From NCBI RefSeq assembly GCF_000143415.4, contig NW_003314349.1, positions 319,259 to 383,171 on the forward strand: DNA of 63,913 nucleotides, in the 5' to 3' direction. The DNA is from Selaginella moellendorffii. Its lineage: Eukaryota > Plantae > Lycopodiophyta. Made by a program: the position numbers and the translations under genes. This document shows positions 1 through 14,150 of this stretch, piece after piece. The notes beneath the pieces were generated by a model, which saw nothing but the letters and a program-made list of their open reading frames with translations, searched no databases and had not been told where the DNA came from. The stretch's first letter is position 1. Each line of letters starts with the position of its first letter.

Positions 1-2432
1 CCCAAGATAAATCGTGTCCTTGGACCCAAACACGCATTTCGGCCCCTTCAGCTTTAAACAAACGTCCCGTAGCTGATCCAACACTTTACACACATCATGA
101 ATGTGCTCCTCCCACGTCCCCTCCGAGTGAATCAAGACATCATCAATGAAGTTTGTAGTCACCTCTGGCATATCACAAAGAACCTCGTCCATCATCCGCT
201 GGAAAATTGCTGGAGCATTGTTCAAACCAAACGGCATCACCAAGAACTCGTACAAACCAAACGATATACGAAAAGCAGTTTTAGGAATATCTTCTTTGGC
301 CATCAATACTTGCCAGTACCCAGAAGCAAAATCTAACTTAGTGAACTAACTACTTTGCCCCAGACGATCCAAGAGATCAACAGTGTGAAGAAGAGGGTAC
401 ACATTCGAGATTGTCACTTCATTTAACAGATGATAGTCGATGTAGAAATGAATACTCCCATTAGGTTTCATCACAAGATAAAGTTCATATGCCCAAAGAC
501 TTCACAACTTCCGAATAACACCCTTCTCTAACATCTCTTTGACGTTTGCATGTAAAATCTTGATCTCTTTGAGTGACTAACGACAAATAAGAACCTTGAT
601 TGGACGCGCATCCCCGGTTGGAATAGGATGACATGTGGCAATCTTAGCCCCATATAATATATCAAATTCAAAGAGATCAAAATACTCCTTCATGAGCTGG
701 TTAACCACTGCAACACAAAGATTGTTGGAGGGATCAGAAAAGGAAAGAGCAGAGCAAGATGGAAACATAGGAGAAAGGAGTGGGGGGACAAAAGTAATGG
801 AAACAGAGGTAGAAGTAAAGGGACGAAGAGGTATTGAAGTGAGAGGAATGGGTGAAATATAAGGTAGGATGAGACAAGGGGGAGAAGCCTCAAAGTCACA
901 TTTGGCATGATTGTGTTGGAACCAATCTATACCAGGGATGAGGTCAAAAGCTTGACTTGGCACCACCCACAATAACTACAACCTAAGCTCGAAATTACCC
1001 ACATGCACAATTAGGTTCGTGTAAGCTCCTGAGTTTGGACTTCTCGGGAGGTCACCCATCCCAGTACTATTCAAACCCAAGGACGCTTAACCCCAAATAT
1101 CCCAAGACCCTTAACCGATTGGAAAAGGGGGTGCACTCTTGTTCATGGGCCCTTTCCCTCTATATTTGAACCCCTATGGACCGTCTCTCGAATCGTTCCC
1201 TTTGGTTGCTTACAGTTCGCCTCATCCCGTGCACATGCATGTGTATAGCCATTGCCATAAAGAATATAAATTGGCTCTGTCGCACGACGCAAGTGTAGAC
1301 GGCAACGTGTGGCAATAGGTTGAGCAATAGAAGATAAGTTTGAACTTGTATCAATAAACACGAAGAGAATAATAGGAGATATTTTGTTATAAAAATGAAC
1401 TTGGAAAGTAAACACTGGATGAATTGGTGCCAAGTGAACCCCTTGATGATACTCTTGAAAGAAAGATAGAGGGGTCACTGACTTATTTGCACAAGGTCCC
1501 TCCATTACTCATGCAACTCTTCATTTCCCGAATGCATCTTGGTGTCTAGGCCTTCCACGGCACCAACAGGACGTTGTTGATGCCAAGGTCTCCACCTAGG
1601 AAATGGAGGTCACCAATCTGGAAAATGCCGACAATGCCGATAAGTGTGACCAACTTCATCACATGCCCAACAGTGAATATCACGGCCACAACCACGTCCT
1701 TGCCCTTGTCCTTGGACTCGAGCAATAACAACATCAACCTCCATTGGAACAGGACCATTGCCTATAGGAAGTGGAGCAAAAGGACATGCAACGAGAAGTG
1801 GAAGAGACGACGTCTCATAATGTTGTGCTAGGCGAAGAGCGTCATCAAGGGTGGCTGGAACAAGTGCATGCACAAGTCCAACAAAATCTTGATGAAGTGT
1901 TGGCCACAACATTCCTAGCTTGATCCATTCCGACATATTTGGCTCCACACGAAGCAAGAGGCTTCCGAAACGAACGCTAAATTGCATCACCGACTCAGAT
2001 GGCCCTTGACGAAGACGATGCAATTGCTGGAAGGCATCATCACAATCGTCAGCATGTCCGAATGCACGTTTGAAGACATTTAGGAAAACACTTCAATCCC
2101 CACGAGTGGCTGCGCTTAAACCATTGTACGACTGCAAAGCCATCCCTTAGAGACATGTGGGAAACTCACGTAAATGTCGAGCATTATCCTAAGAATGATA
2201 TGTGGCAATCACCGTAAAGTGATCAAACCAATGGTACACATCATCCCCAGGATTCCCACGAAAAAACTTCGGCCGAACGCAAGGATTGGCACCAAGAGTA
2301 AAAAGAGCTGTACCACATGCCGTGAATGTCGCCATCAATTGAGTTTGGTTGTTCAATTGCAATTGCATAGCATCAAGTAATTGCACCAATTACTGCTCTA
2401 GAGTCAGAGGAGGAGATTGCTGCTCTGCCATG
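1..2432 (-). mobile_element. Degenerate Ty3/Gypsy retrotransposon internal region (gag with CCHC knuckle, protease, RT N-terminal part), truncated by the window start
   Basis: Minus-strand ORFs: 2189-2389 (PKFFRGNPGDDVYHWF, gag-like), 1610-2023 (LRQGPSESVMQF...PVPMEVD...CWACDEVGHTYRHC), 577-972 (FDLIPGIDWF...HPIPTGDARPI, protease to RT). Stops and frameshifts throughout. Confidence 0.85.
1020..1214 (-). mobile_element. Solo LTR with 5S rRNA-derived segment (Cassandra-like TRIM), nested in the Gypsy protease region
   Basis: TGTAAGC...GCTTACA termini and 5-bp TSD GTTCG (1015-1019, 1215-1219). The minus strand contains GTTAAGCGTCCTTGGGTTTGAATAGTACTGGGATGGGTGACCTCCCGAGAAGTCC, closely matching the plant 5S rRNA A-box/IE/C-box region. 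Confidence 0.85.
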
Positions 2433-2799
2433 AAGATGAATAAAAAGGAAAGAGCAAAAGAAGGGAAATGAGAAAGAACTAGAAAGAAAGGGAGATCTAG
2501 ACCATGGAAAAGCTAGATCTAAACCAGAATCTTGAGAGGGAAGAACAAAAGAAAGGGAATGGAAAAAACTAGATCAAGACAATGAAAAAGCTAGATCTAA
2601 ACCAAAATCCCAAATCCAAGCACTCCTCAAGAACAAGGAAACGTGCCCCTCACCTCCACTAATGTGAGTGTTTGGAATATAGAAAAGGAATACAGAAAAT
2701 ATGCATATCAATTAGCCCAAAAACCTTAACTTATATACAAAAGCAAATGGTCCAGATTGAAACCAATCTAACGGCTACCAAAATCCCAGTACACTAATA

Positions 2800-5700
2800 T
2801 AAGTATACGGCATCATAGCCGTACACTTGGCCCTCATAAGTCCAAAATTTCGTTTGTGATGGGAATAAGTAACATATCTTTTATTGTTGCATCATTTAAC
2901 TTTTTGTAATTCATACAAATTTGTAATTTGCCAATTTTTTATAGGCACAATTACAAGTGATGAAAACTATTGAGCATTCTGAATTGGATAGATAAATTCT
3001 GCTTAGAGAAGTTTATCAATTTCTTCCTTGACTTTACTTTGGTAATTAGAATTCATTTTATAGGGCATTTGCTTTTTAGGAATATTTCCCAAGAGTATCT
3101 TAATATGGTGCGTATAGAATTTTAGCAAGATGTTTTTTATAATCTTTGTAAAATCAAGCAAAAATGTTCTTGTAATCTTTTAATAGATTTATAGCTTGAT
3201 TGAGAAATTTACTTTGCAATCCTTGAACAATTATAATAGTATGTAGATTATCCTCTTTTACTAAATTGATTTGCTCAAATGGTTGATCACAAAAAACATA
3301 TAAAACATAATTTCTTTGTTGATTAATTTTATATGCAAAATCCTTCTTTAAAGAGAAATCTTTTATACCTATATCGACCTCTAGTCTAGAGGCTTCTTGC
3401 CTAGGTACTTCTTTAAGTATTAAATAGAGATTAACTTATGAAATTAGCTCAATTTCAAAGAAAGTTTCTAAAATTTGTTGTTTTTGAAAATCATCTAGGC
3501 TTTCCTCTCAATCATAAGACTAAGTTTTGAAGGGTTGATCTTTCCTTTCCAACTATATAATGGAAGTAATGAACACAGTTTTTTTTTGTTGCCTTGCTCT
3601 ATACACAAAAACCTTTTTTTCAGTCTTGGTTTGTGCAAGCAATTTTTAGCCAAAATATACCTCGTAGGGTTTTATAGACAGAATCTTATTGTGTCATTTT
3701 AAGCACAACATAATTGAGTTTGTACTTTAGGCCAGCCATATTGGTTAAAACATTTTTAATAATTCCAATGGTCCTGACACTTTAGTCATCTACCATTTGT
3801 ATATTAATGGGGCTAGTTGAATTGGATTCAACTAGCCCCATTGAATTGGATTGGACTTAAGTTTAATTCTTTGCAAATACTCTCTTCCAGAATATTTATG
3901 TTTGAGCCACCATCGATGAAAGTTTCAGATAATAGATTCTTACTATTCTTTGTATCAATTGTAGAAACTTTATTATCACAATCCCCTAGCTCAATTGCAA
4001 TGGCCATAAATGGGACTAAAATTTCTTCTTTCTTAGGCGAGAGCTTTCTAAGCAATGCAACTTTAAAGTAAAGTGCTATAGTGAGAAGTTGACCTAGAGT
4101 GAGTGTAATTTTGGCATTTAAAATGCCTTTCACCACTTTTTTCTCATCCTTGCCATTTAACTTTAGTATAGGGCTTTCTTTTTACACTAGTGGTAAATTT
4201 ATATCAGCCTGTAAAAGTATGAGACTTTTTATATTAGAATCACTATTGTCCAAATTGACTTGTCATTGCAAGTCTTGGAGTTGTTAAGTGATTTTTGCAT
4301 TGATTTTTTTCTTTTGGCACTATTGAGAGTTAGGGGTGATCTCTACTTTATCATCACTCCCTTCATCTTAGCTTTTAGATTCAACTCTTCTATGTTAGGT
4401 TCTGGTCATGACACAGTCGCTAGATAGCTTTTCTATATCTGACCATTCTACTTTAACGTGCTTAGCTGCAGGTTGTATATCCTTAAGGGGCGTATCATTT
4501 TTGCTTAATGATTCAATTTGATAATATAGCCTAGGATAGCGAGTAGAAGTCTTAGTTTGATCATACTATTTTGGCCTTTTATATTCTCAAGGTCTATTGT
4601 AACCTTTTAGCTGATTGTATTCTCTAGGCCAATTATAGTTTTAGATCTATTTTCCTCACTACTAGGTGGATAATCTAAAAAATTACCCTTATGCGGCTCT
4701 CGCCGTTCATCACTGATGNNNNNNNNNNNNNNNNNNNNNNNNNNNNNNNNNNNNNNNNNNNNNNNNNNNNNNNNNNNNNNNNNNNNNNNNNNNNNNNNNN
4801 NNNNNNNNNNNNNNNNNNAAAAAATTACCTTATGCGGATAATCCTGATGGTTACCTTGCATTTCAGTATAGTGGGTATTCATGTTTAGCACTTTGATTAT
4901 CATTGTAATTGTTCTTCTTACGATAACTTTTATTGTCAAGTGGATAGTTTTGTCTATGTATTGTTTTATCAACTTGGGCTATTTCTTGACTTCCTAGTTG
5001 TTTAAACAAGATTCTACATTCCTCTAAATATCCCTCTTTTTCACAAAATTAGCATTCCTTGCTATGGCCTTAATTTTTGCATTTGATACACCAAATCCTT
5101 TGTTTGATATTCATTTGCAATTTGAGGCTTTTTAAATAATTAATTTCCCTATTTATAGGGGTCGTCTTTTTGTCTAACTTCACCATATTTACCATGTCAT
5201 ATTGTTTTATGAGATTTTGGTAGGCAATAACAACTTTTTTTTAAGTCATCGAAATTTGTATAAGCTCTCTTTATTACATGTTCACGATAAATTTTCTTGA
5301 AGCTCTATATATATAAGCGTAGATGTATTTTGTCTGACACTAAGTCTTTATAATGTTTATAACACTTGTTGAATTGAGTTGTATATTCCTCAATTATTTC
5401 AGATTTTCCTTGATGAAATTTTTGTAGTTCATTATAGTTTTCTCCTAGGTTTGTTTCTATAAAAAAATCTTTAAAAAAAAACTTTGTCTGCTCATCAAAT
5501 GTGTCAATCTTTTTAACATCATTGTCATAATACCAGTCTTTGGCTTTATTTTTACACATATAAAGGAAAAGATTCTTTTCCTGCCCATCTACTTGATTGA
5601 ACTTGATTGCTTATATGTATTTCTTAATATGCAATTGTGGATCTTCTCCTTTAATCCCCAAAAAAGATGATATGTGATGATAGTGCCTATTGTTGTTTCT

Positions 5701-7300
5701 ACAATTGCCATCGTGCTCATTGCAATTTGACAGAAAATGCTCTGTTTTACAATTAGTATAGGCAAAATAGGTGTTTAGTTCATAGAGGAATTTGAATCAC
5801 TATTAAAGGGTAAAGGTTGTAAATTTAGCTTCCATCCTTTTATGGGGTATTTCTTGTTTTGTGTTTCATTACTCTCATATGAAGCAAAGGCATTTTTTAT
5901 GTGCCGATACTGCTAAGGAGGAGTAGCATATAAAGTCACGTATTCTTGATGATCGTCAAAGTCATATTAGAATTTTTGATTTCCTCTTCATTGAGGTGTA
6001 TTTAATATACTTTCAACTCAAACTTTTCTTTAGTTTGGTTGAGTAATGATTTAGTTTGTTATGAAGGGAGGTCCAAGAATTTCTCGAGTAACAAACATTG
6101 TTTTTCACAGCATATCTATCTTACTCAAGTGTTGTCCACCTTAAAAAAAAATTACTCCACAAAATTTTATTACCTATCAATCCAATTCAGAATTGGTTCA
6201 ACATTTGTTAGCCCAATTATCAGTATGTGTATTTTTGCCTATGGGTGTCTAAGCTTTATTATGGACTATTAAAGTTCCTACAATAACGTCTTTGCCTAAG
6301 ATTGCATAGAATTCTAGCAATTATCTAGTAGGTAGAATTTTACAAAGTTATAATACTTAGGATTTGCGTTTAGCTCGGATAAACAAATTATCTCTATCTA
6401 GGAAGAATCCTGGTACTATTTTCTTTTTGTATAAGTAACTCCATAGATATAAGTCTCGATTACACTATGTATCTACAAAATAATCTAGGTGTATTATCAC
6501 ACCTTCTTTGACAATAGTAAAGGTACCAAGAGTCACATTCCTGTATACCTTGAGTAAAATACTATCAAGTATTTCACTCAATAATTCGTTAAGCTATTTA
6601 AGTAATTTTGTTAAATCTATCATTCATTAACCTAGTTAGATATATAAGATAGATTAATTTTTACTTTCTTATACTTTTGCTTAGTCATACAGAGTGGGTA
6701 TCAACCAACTTTCATTTGGGTTTATAAGCAAAATGTATCTTCTGACAGGTGTGATGGATCTTTAGTAAACATTCTTATTTTGTCTACCCCAATTCCCCCA
6801 TTCAACTTCTATCAAGACAGTAAAAGGTTGTCAATCCTCAATCTTTCCACTTAGGTGCATAAGAGGTCTTTCCCTTTTTGTCCGTGTCTAGCGTGGTTAA
6901 GATTAATTCAGTGTAAAGTCTTTGGTATGTGATAGCCAATTCCAGAGTAGCTTGCCTGCTTTATAATGGGTCTTACCCTTTAACTTATAACTAATTGACC
7001 TTTATAACTATGGAAAGAGTAGCCTATTGTTCTTAGCAAATCTTGAGCAAACCTCTTTTAAATGGTTCAACACTAAGAACTAATTTGAATAGGGTGTGAA
7101 GATCAATTTGTGAAATTGTATTGTGGAATTAACACAAGAGTCAAATTGTCTAGCACATGATAGTTGTTTTAAATCCATTTGCTTGTGAAATGACTTTAGA
7201 TAGTTTTTTAAATATGACATAGCTAATTCGTAAAAGACTTTACTTCAAATGTAAATAGAAATTGCTTTTTAAAATAAATTTCTCTCTAGCTTGTTCGCCA
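2800..7300 (-). mobile_element. Second, heavily decayed Ty3/Gypsy internal region (gag, protease, RT start); boundaries approximate
   Basis: Minus ORF 3828-4136 has an aspartic protease motif (TFIDGGSNINIL). Minus ORF 5305-5559 is gag-like (KAKDWY...FHQGKSEIIEEYTTQFN). A PBS-like TGGCGAACAAGC lies on the minus strand at 7289-7300, next to the putative LTR. Confidence 0.7.
4719..4818. other. Assembly gap (100 N)
   Basis: Run of N. AAAAAATTACC(C)TTATGCGG occurs on both sides, which suggests an unresolved repeat or overlap. Confidence 0.95.
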
Positions 7301-7301
7301 A

Positions 7302-9171
7302 TGAGTGGTTATGGTCAATACAAATCTTTATTTAAATTTGTATGACAAATTTTTTGAGCTTTGCAATGTATTTCAAAAATTTTAGGAGTGTCTAAAGCTA
7401 TTTCACCTTTTTAGACAAAACCATTTTTTAATATCTCTAAACTTATTTTAGCTCTTTAAATATCAAAGTGACGGTATAGTGTCTCCAAGATTGACACCTA
7501 TGCTTAGTAGCAAACTCTACTACTCTCTATTCCGCGTTTATAGTGTGAAGCCTTTTGACTGCTTCGTCTGGCAAAAACTCAATTAGCACACAGGGTGATT
7601 TATATGTCCAAACGTAGACAAAAATTGAGCTACAACTTTTACTAGACTAGTTGTATAATTTTGCCTATATAAAAAATATTCACTATGTGAAAATTATCTC
7701 CTGTGAGGAGGTACGTACACCCATGGATTATGTCTTACAAAGGGTGGTTTACGCCTTGCAACGCCTAAACTGATGAATATTTCCCTTAACAATTTAGTGT
7801 TGCTCAACTAGTCTGAAAAGTGGATTTTCACGCCTATTCACTTGTATATTTGCTCTTTGTCTATATCTCACTTTACGGGATATAGGGCATGTTTCACGCA
7901 ATTTCCCTTGATTCCTCCTTATGTGGCTAAATGTTATATGAGTGCTCTCAAAATTTATAAAAGAGTGATACTTTTCACATTAAGTAGTGTTTGCAAGCTC
8001 TCTATATATAATAAATGAGCCTTGATTAGTTCACCTATATGTACTAGGTGTAAAGTAGTTTAAACGGTTAAAGCGGTTCATGATAATAGTTTCTGAATTT
8101 TCAACTTATAAGTTTTATTTAAGTCTCATAAACTCTTGCAATATGCATAGGAAATTTAAACTCAGGACAAGTCTACTCTCAAACCATGTCTGAGTAATAG
8201 TTTAAGCTAAAGGACTTTAGATCAAAGCTTTAAGACAACACAATGTTCTAATTGTGATTTTGCCTCTATTGAAGCCTCGTAAAATTTGGGTGAATAATTC
8301 CCCAATTTGTTCTTCACTAAGACTGACTTTAACTCTCTTTAAGTTGGAGTTGAAGACAAAAGTTATAGGTGCCTAACTTTTTTACTTGTGTATGCATAGA
8401 AAAATTGTGATGCGCTACTGGAAAATGTGTCCTTTAAAAACCCAAGTGAAAACTTACTAAGAAGGAAAAAATTCTATAGTAATTGATTGTATTTTCCACA
8501 TCAAACAAACTCCATTTTTTCTTCTTTTGGATTTTCTTAAAAAATTGCTAGTGAAAGAATTTAAACTTGAGTTTTTTGGCAATGTATATTGTATTTAATT
8601 TTAAACTCACCCCATGCTCTATGGCTTTAGTGATATTTGAAAAAATATCTTTTTTGTGGTATCTAAGCACTAAACCACAGCAATCACAAGAAGAGACTTT
8701 TCGTTCAATGTTGTTTAGGCTCAGGGCCTCTAAACTCACTAAAGTGATCTACTTGTGAATCCTAATGCTAGACATGTTTGGAATTCACAAGTAATTTTCT
8801 CCTGGTTATTTTTCAAGCCAAAAAGTGATGGCTTATCCCACTGTGATCGCCAAAAGTGAATAAGGTTTTTTTTGTCTATACTCATGTTCTTGCCCCTGCC
8901 TGTGAAATAGTGATAAAAAAACAAACACGAGAACATAGAAGAAGAAGAGGAAAGAAGAGAAAAAGATAGAAAATAATAGAACTCAATCTCAAACCCTAAA
9001 GGCGTGAGTAAAAATAAATATATATCACTTTTTTTACTTTATATTGCACAAACAATTATAAATATGAGAAAATATAGTTCATTCAATGCAAATGCATACA
9101 ATAGTGAGTGGGGGTTGTTTTTCAGCATGTCTAAATGTTATTTATATATTATATGATTTTATAACCACTCA
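7302..9171 (-). mobile_element. Putative long 5' LTR (~1.87 kb) of the decayed Gypsy element
   Basis: Inverted termini TGAGTGGTTAT (7302-7312) and ATAACCACTCA (9161-9171), TG...CA ends, adjacent to the PBS-like motif. No partner LTR seen. Confidence 0.5.
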
Positions 9172-10102
9172 TAACCACATCACACTTGTTTATAATGAGT
9201 ATTGCATAAGTCAAGTCTTTTTTTTTTTGGATGCCTAAATTTAAGTGTAACTCCATTTCACTTAAGTTTTCTTTTTCTACTCTACTTGGGAAAATATATA
9301 AAATAAAACATTTACCTCTTCATCAAACACTATCAAAGTCTAAATTGATAATTCTAAGAAGAATACCATGTTATCTTCCATGGTATTTCCAAAATATATC
9401 TTCCATGGTATTTCCAAATTCACTTTGCTTAAGATTAAGCAAAGATTATTAAACTGCTAAAACACTGTCTGGTGAATTTAACATGATGAAAGTGTGCCTG
9501 GATCTAATCACATATCAAGCAGATGCTCTGCACAGAAAATCATGAAATAAATCAGACATAATAATTACTTCTCTAAACCACTAAGAGATGACTACGTTTG
9601 GGTGTCTAAAGCAATACTCACTCTTTGTTTCTTCCCTCCACTCAATCCACGTGAGAACCACTATCTCCAAGCCCCATCTCACTCTCAACCATCTCCATCT
9701 TTTGGCTGTGTGGTAGGCTGCCTCAAATAAGCAGAGTAAGTGATTGTCTCCAGAACAGTGAGCTTCCCAGCAAAACATTATCTTGATTTACATAAGCATC
9801 TGATAGAAAGCTTGAGAATCACTAAATCAAATGTTTATACACACCGCAGTCCCATGCCTCGTGTTTGTCTGGAGATTCCCATTGGATCCTTCTCGCCTCA
9901 CAATCTACCTGTGATGAACGACAATGCAAGAATCTTAGTCTCAAACACATGATCAATCTTTAGAAAACTCTATCAACAGGCGCGTCAAGCAAGGTTTGAA
10001 TTTCCCGATCCTGGTCCCATGATCTCAAGATTTAAAAGTCGACAAAACTAGCAGGAGGCCATTTCTTTTCAAACTTTCTATCCCATCCAGTCTTGCGTGG
10101 CT

Positions 10103-11595
10103 ATGGCTTCTCAAGGTACGTCGTCTCCAAAGATCCATGTCCTCGCATTTCCCGTACCAGGCCAGGGACACATCACTCCGATGATGCATCTCTGCAAGAA
10201 GATCGCCGCTCGAGATGGATTCACCGTCTCGTTCGTCAATGTCGACAGCCTCCACGACGAGATGATCAAGCACTGGAGAGCTCCATCCAATACGGACCTC
10301 CGCCTCGTCTCAATCCCACTCTCCTGGAAAATCCCACACGGCCTGGATGCTTACACTCTCACTCACTCGGGTGAGTTCTTCAAGACCACCATCGAGATGA
10401 TCCCATCTCTCGAGCACCTCGTCTCCAAACTCTCTCTCGAGATCTCGCCGGTCCGCTGCATCATCTCGGACTACTTCTTCTTCTGGACCCAGGACGTTGC
10501 TGATAAGTTTGGGATTCCAAGGATTGTTCTGTGGCCTGGATCCGCTGCCTGGACCACGATTGAGTATCACATACCCGAGCTCATCGCCGGAGGCCATGTC
10601 TTTCCCAGCTTGACCGAAGGTAACTCCACTTTCAATGGCATTCATGTTCGCCTCAAAACTTTGCAGCGAAGAAGCTTGTCGCGGATGAATCTATAGTGGA
10701 CATTATCAAGGGACTGGGACCTCTTCATCAAGCCGACGTACCTCTCTACTTGCAAGCTGACGATCATCTCTGGGCGGAGTACTCCGTGCAGCGGGTCCCC
10801 TACATCCGCAAGGCCTCCTGCGTGCTCGTCAACTCCTTTTACGATCTGGAGCCGGAAGCTTCCGACTTCATGGCCGCCGAGCTCCGCAAAGGTGGCACGG
10901 AGTATCTCTCCGTCGGTCCCATGTTTCTCCTGGACGAGCAGACCTCCGAGATCGGACCAACCAACGTGGTGCTCAGGAACGAGGACGCCGAGTGCCTGCG
11001 GTGGCTCGACAAGCAGGAAAAGGCTTCCGTTCTCTACATATCTTTCGGCAGCATCGCGGTCGTGACTGTCGAACAGTTTGAGGAGCTTGCGGTGGGACTG
11101 GAAGCAATCGGAAAGCCTTTCTTGTGGGTGTTACGGCCAGAACTTCTCATTGGAAATCCGGTAGAGAAGTATAAGGAATTCTGCGAACGTACCTCCAAGC
11201 AGGGATTTACTGTGTCCTGGGCACCGCAGCTACGAGTTCTGAAACACCCCTCCATCGCTGCGCACCTCAGTCACTGCGGCTGGAACTCGGTGCTGGAAAG
11301 TATCAGCAATGGAGTGCCTCTCCTGTGTTGGCCTTGGGGAGCTGAGCAAAACACCAACGCAAAGCTGGTTATACACGACTGGAAGATTGGAGCTGGATTT
11401 GAAAGAGGGGCGAATGGATTGATCGGCAGAGGCGACATCGAAAAGACGCTGCGGGAGGTGATGGATGGGGAAAGAGGGAAGCAGATGAAAGACACTGTTG
11501 AGGTGCTGAAGTGCAAGGCAAGGAAAGCTGTTGAGAGTGGTGGTCGATCCGCTGCGAGCTTGGATGGATTTCTTAAAGGCCTCAGCAGCCAGTGA
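10103..11595 (+). CDS. UDP-glycosyltransferase (family GT1), 2 exons (10103-10619, 10667-11595)
   Basis: N-terminal HVLAFPVPGQGHITPM and PSPG box WAPQLRVLKHPSIAAHLSHCGWNSVLESISNGVPLLCWPWGAEQ. GT-AG intron 10620-10666 joins the two ORFs in frame. Confidence 0.95.
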
Positions 11596-13439
11596 TGCGA
11601 TTATAAGTTATCACTGCAAGTGCTAGCGTGAGATGGCAAATATGTGAAAAACTTACGTGCCACGAATCTGTCAAGCTTGACAAAACATGAACATTTTCAG
11701 ATTTAGAAACAACATGTTTGGAAGAATTTGATGTAATTTGTGAAGAGCAGGATTCTTAGTGAAGGCTGAAAAGGAGCAGCAGGAATAGTGCCACTGGTTA
11801 TGACGATTACACTGCCTCTGACCCCTGCTTGTTCTATATAGAAAACTTCCTCATCAAGCACGTCATGCCGTCCTATGGTGAGTAAAGCCAGGAATTCTCT
11901 TCTGCATGTCCTGGAATTCTGTTTCAGGGAACACGCATGCCGAGGACAGCTACGTCCACCCGGATGGTGAAACTGGCCACGAGTTATGTCAAGGAGTCCC
12001 TTGGAGGAACCGAGATGGTGCTCTCTTCTTTTGCAACTCTGGAACCACTGGAGCTGTGAAAAAGCTTCACGAACCTTTGGGCTTGTCCAGCCATCGCAGC
12101 AATCGATGGCAGGAAGAGATGATGGTGGAATTATCTTAAGGAGTCTTATGTTGCAAACAAAAAACTGTTAGTGTCCATTAGAGTTTAAGGAGATGGCTGG
12201 CGTTCATAATGAGCATCACTCCAACATTCTTCCCCAAGGTTTCTTTCAATCTGTCAACTGCATAAACCAATAGGTTATTCTGACTCATGATGGATTGATT
12301 GACATGAAGTACCTGCTGCAAAATCCCAAGCACGCACATCATCCAAAGCTAACAGGAGTTTTAGGACACTAGCCATCGCTCGCCTTCTACACAAACACGG
12401 AGCATTAGCATGCTTTGATTTCGCAAGCTGGTTTGTTTAGTGTTGATTTTCTATTTTTCTTTCGCTGGAAAGGGAACTGACCTCTTTGTTGTTACCACTC
12501 CTCCACCTGTTCTCGACGGTGCGTGATCCTTGAGCTTGTAGAGCTTTTTGTTTATGCAAAGCAGGCCCGGCGTTCTGGGCCCTCCGACATACTTGTGTGA
12601 ACTCAACACCACAGCATCGTATCCATCAGTCGCATGTCGATCTTAATGGATCCCTGTTGATCAAGTTCAACAAGTAAGCTTCTTTTCGTTCTGATCTCGT
12701 CTTCATACCAGCACTCTACCTCGAGGACCTCAAAAGTCGAGAAGACGCTGGAACAACACCTTCCATACTCCAGCGGATAAAACCCGGGATGGTCTCCACT
12801 GTCCAAGAAGAAATGGGATACCGTCTCATCGAGTCTAGAGAGCACAGCTTAATCACCACCGCGTTGAAAAGGTCGGAAAACAAAAAGATAGTGCTCGAGA
12901 GCACGCAAGTGAAACGAGCAGCGATCGTCTCGTTCCTCGTCCGGACCACTGATTCCAAAGATGAACTCCAGCTGCAAGCCCGGTTTGTAGCAAAGCTCCT
13001 CAACAATTTGTTTGGGAGGAGGTTGGTCATGTGCCGGTCCCTACAGCTACTCGCTTCTCAAAGTCAGTGATGATCTCTCCCTGAAATTTCGAGCAGCGAA
13101 CCAAGAAGTGAGAACTAAAACAAGCTTTCTAAAGAGCTTTTCTAACGAGGAAAGAACTTCTTTGTCTCACAGGAATATAGCGGTGTCAAACCTGGATGGA
13201 CGCGCTTGAACTTCGCATACTTCCTCTCCAAGAAAGAGTTCCATTTCTTGCTGTGCACCATAGAATAGAATTCGTGGCGGACTATGGCCAGCGCTTTCTC
13301 CCCCTCTATGAATCCAACCGGACACGGGAATGGGCCAAAATCCCACTTCTCCAGCAGTACAAGGAATACCTGGGCACCGCCATCGCAAAGCAGCTAGCAC
13401 ACAATCCAGGCCAGGCGAGGCTCTATATTCGTTTCGCAA

Positions 13440-13513
13440 CCACCGTCTCTTCTCAATCCTACTCTCCTGAAAGATCCTTGGGTGAGTTTTACAAGACCAC
13501 CACCGGGATGATC
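13440..13513 (+). pseudogene. Short diverged copy of UGT exon 1 sequence
   Basis: TCTCAATCCTACTCTCCTGAAAGATCC..GGGTGAGTTTTACAAGACCACCACCGGGATGATC aligns with 10308-10403 with an internal deletion. Confidence 0.7.
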
Positions 13514-13599
13514 TGGAAATGGCTGTACCTTTTGGTAGCTTCAATTTTAAAAAATGAAGGACTGAATTTTATAATAAAAAGCATATTACCAAAAAGTCG

Positions 13600-14150
13600 C
13601 GCCAGAAGCTTATTGAGTCCGCTGTGAACAGTCCCAAAGCTCTCCAGCAGTATATGCCCCTCATAGTCAACAACATGAAAGCGTGCCTTGAGAGGTGGTC
13701 CGCTCAGGATACGATCGTTCTTCTTACCAAGATGAGAAGGGTAAACGATGTTTACTTCCTCCCGTTTCCTAGTTGACACGTTTTCTTCGATATGACAGTT
13801 CACGTTTCTAACTATCGACCACATTTTATATGCCAGCCCCGATGTGAATGATACTTTCCTCCTTGTACTACATTCTCAACCAAGGCATTCGTGCTCTCCA
13901 CATCAACTTCCCCGGCACTGCCTACAACAAAGCCTTGAAGGTAAAAAGCCATAAGCGTTGTCCTACACAGCTTTGTGATGTTTTCCCATTCTCAGGCGCA
14001 GCGAAAGCTCATCAAGCTTATCCAGGACATGATCAACCAGTGAAGAGCTTCGGGGACGCTGCAAGGAACAAACATTCTTTCATTGCTCATGGATCAGCTG
14101 GATGACAGGGGAGAGACGCTCAAATCATCGACGTACTCATGTACGTGAAC
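13600..14150 (+). pseudogene. Cytochrome P450 fragment (CYP85-clan-like), pseudogene
   Basis: Translations PKALQQYMPLIVNNMKACLERWSAQDTIV and ALHINFPGTAYNKALK|AQRKLI, separated by short GT-AG introns. Stops present; no heme motif. Confidence 0.6.

Noticed and set aside
1034-1092. 5S rRNA gene
   Set aside because: Only the internal promoter segment is present, embedded in an LTR with TSDs.
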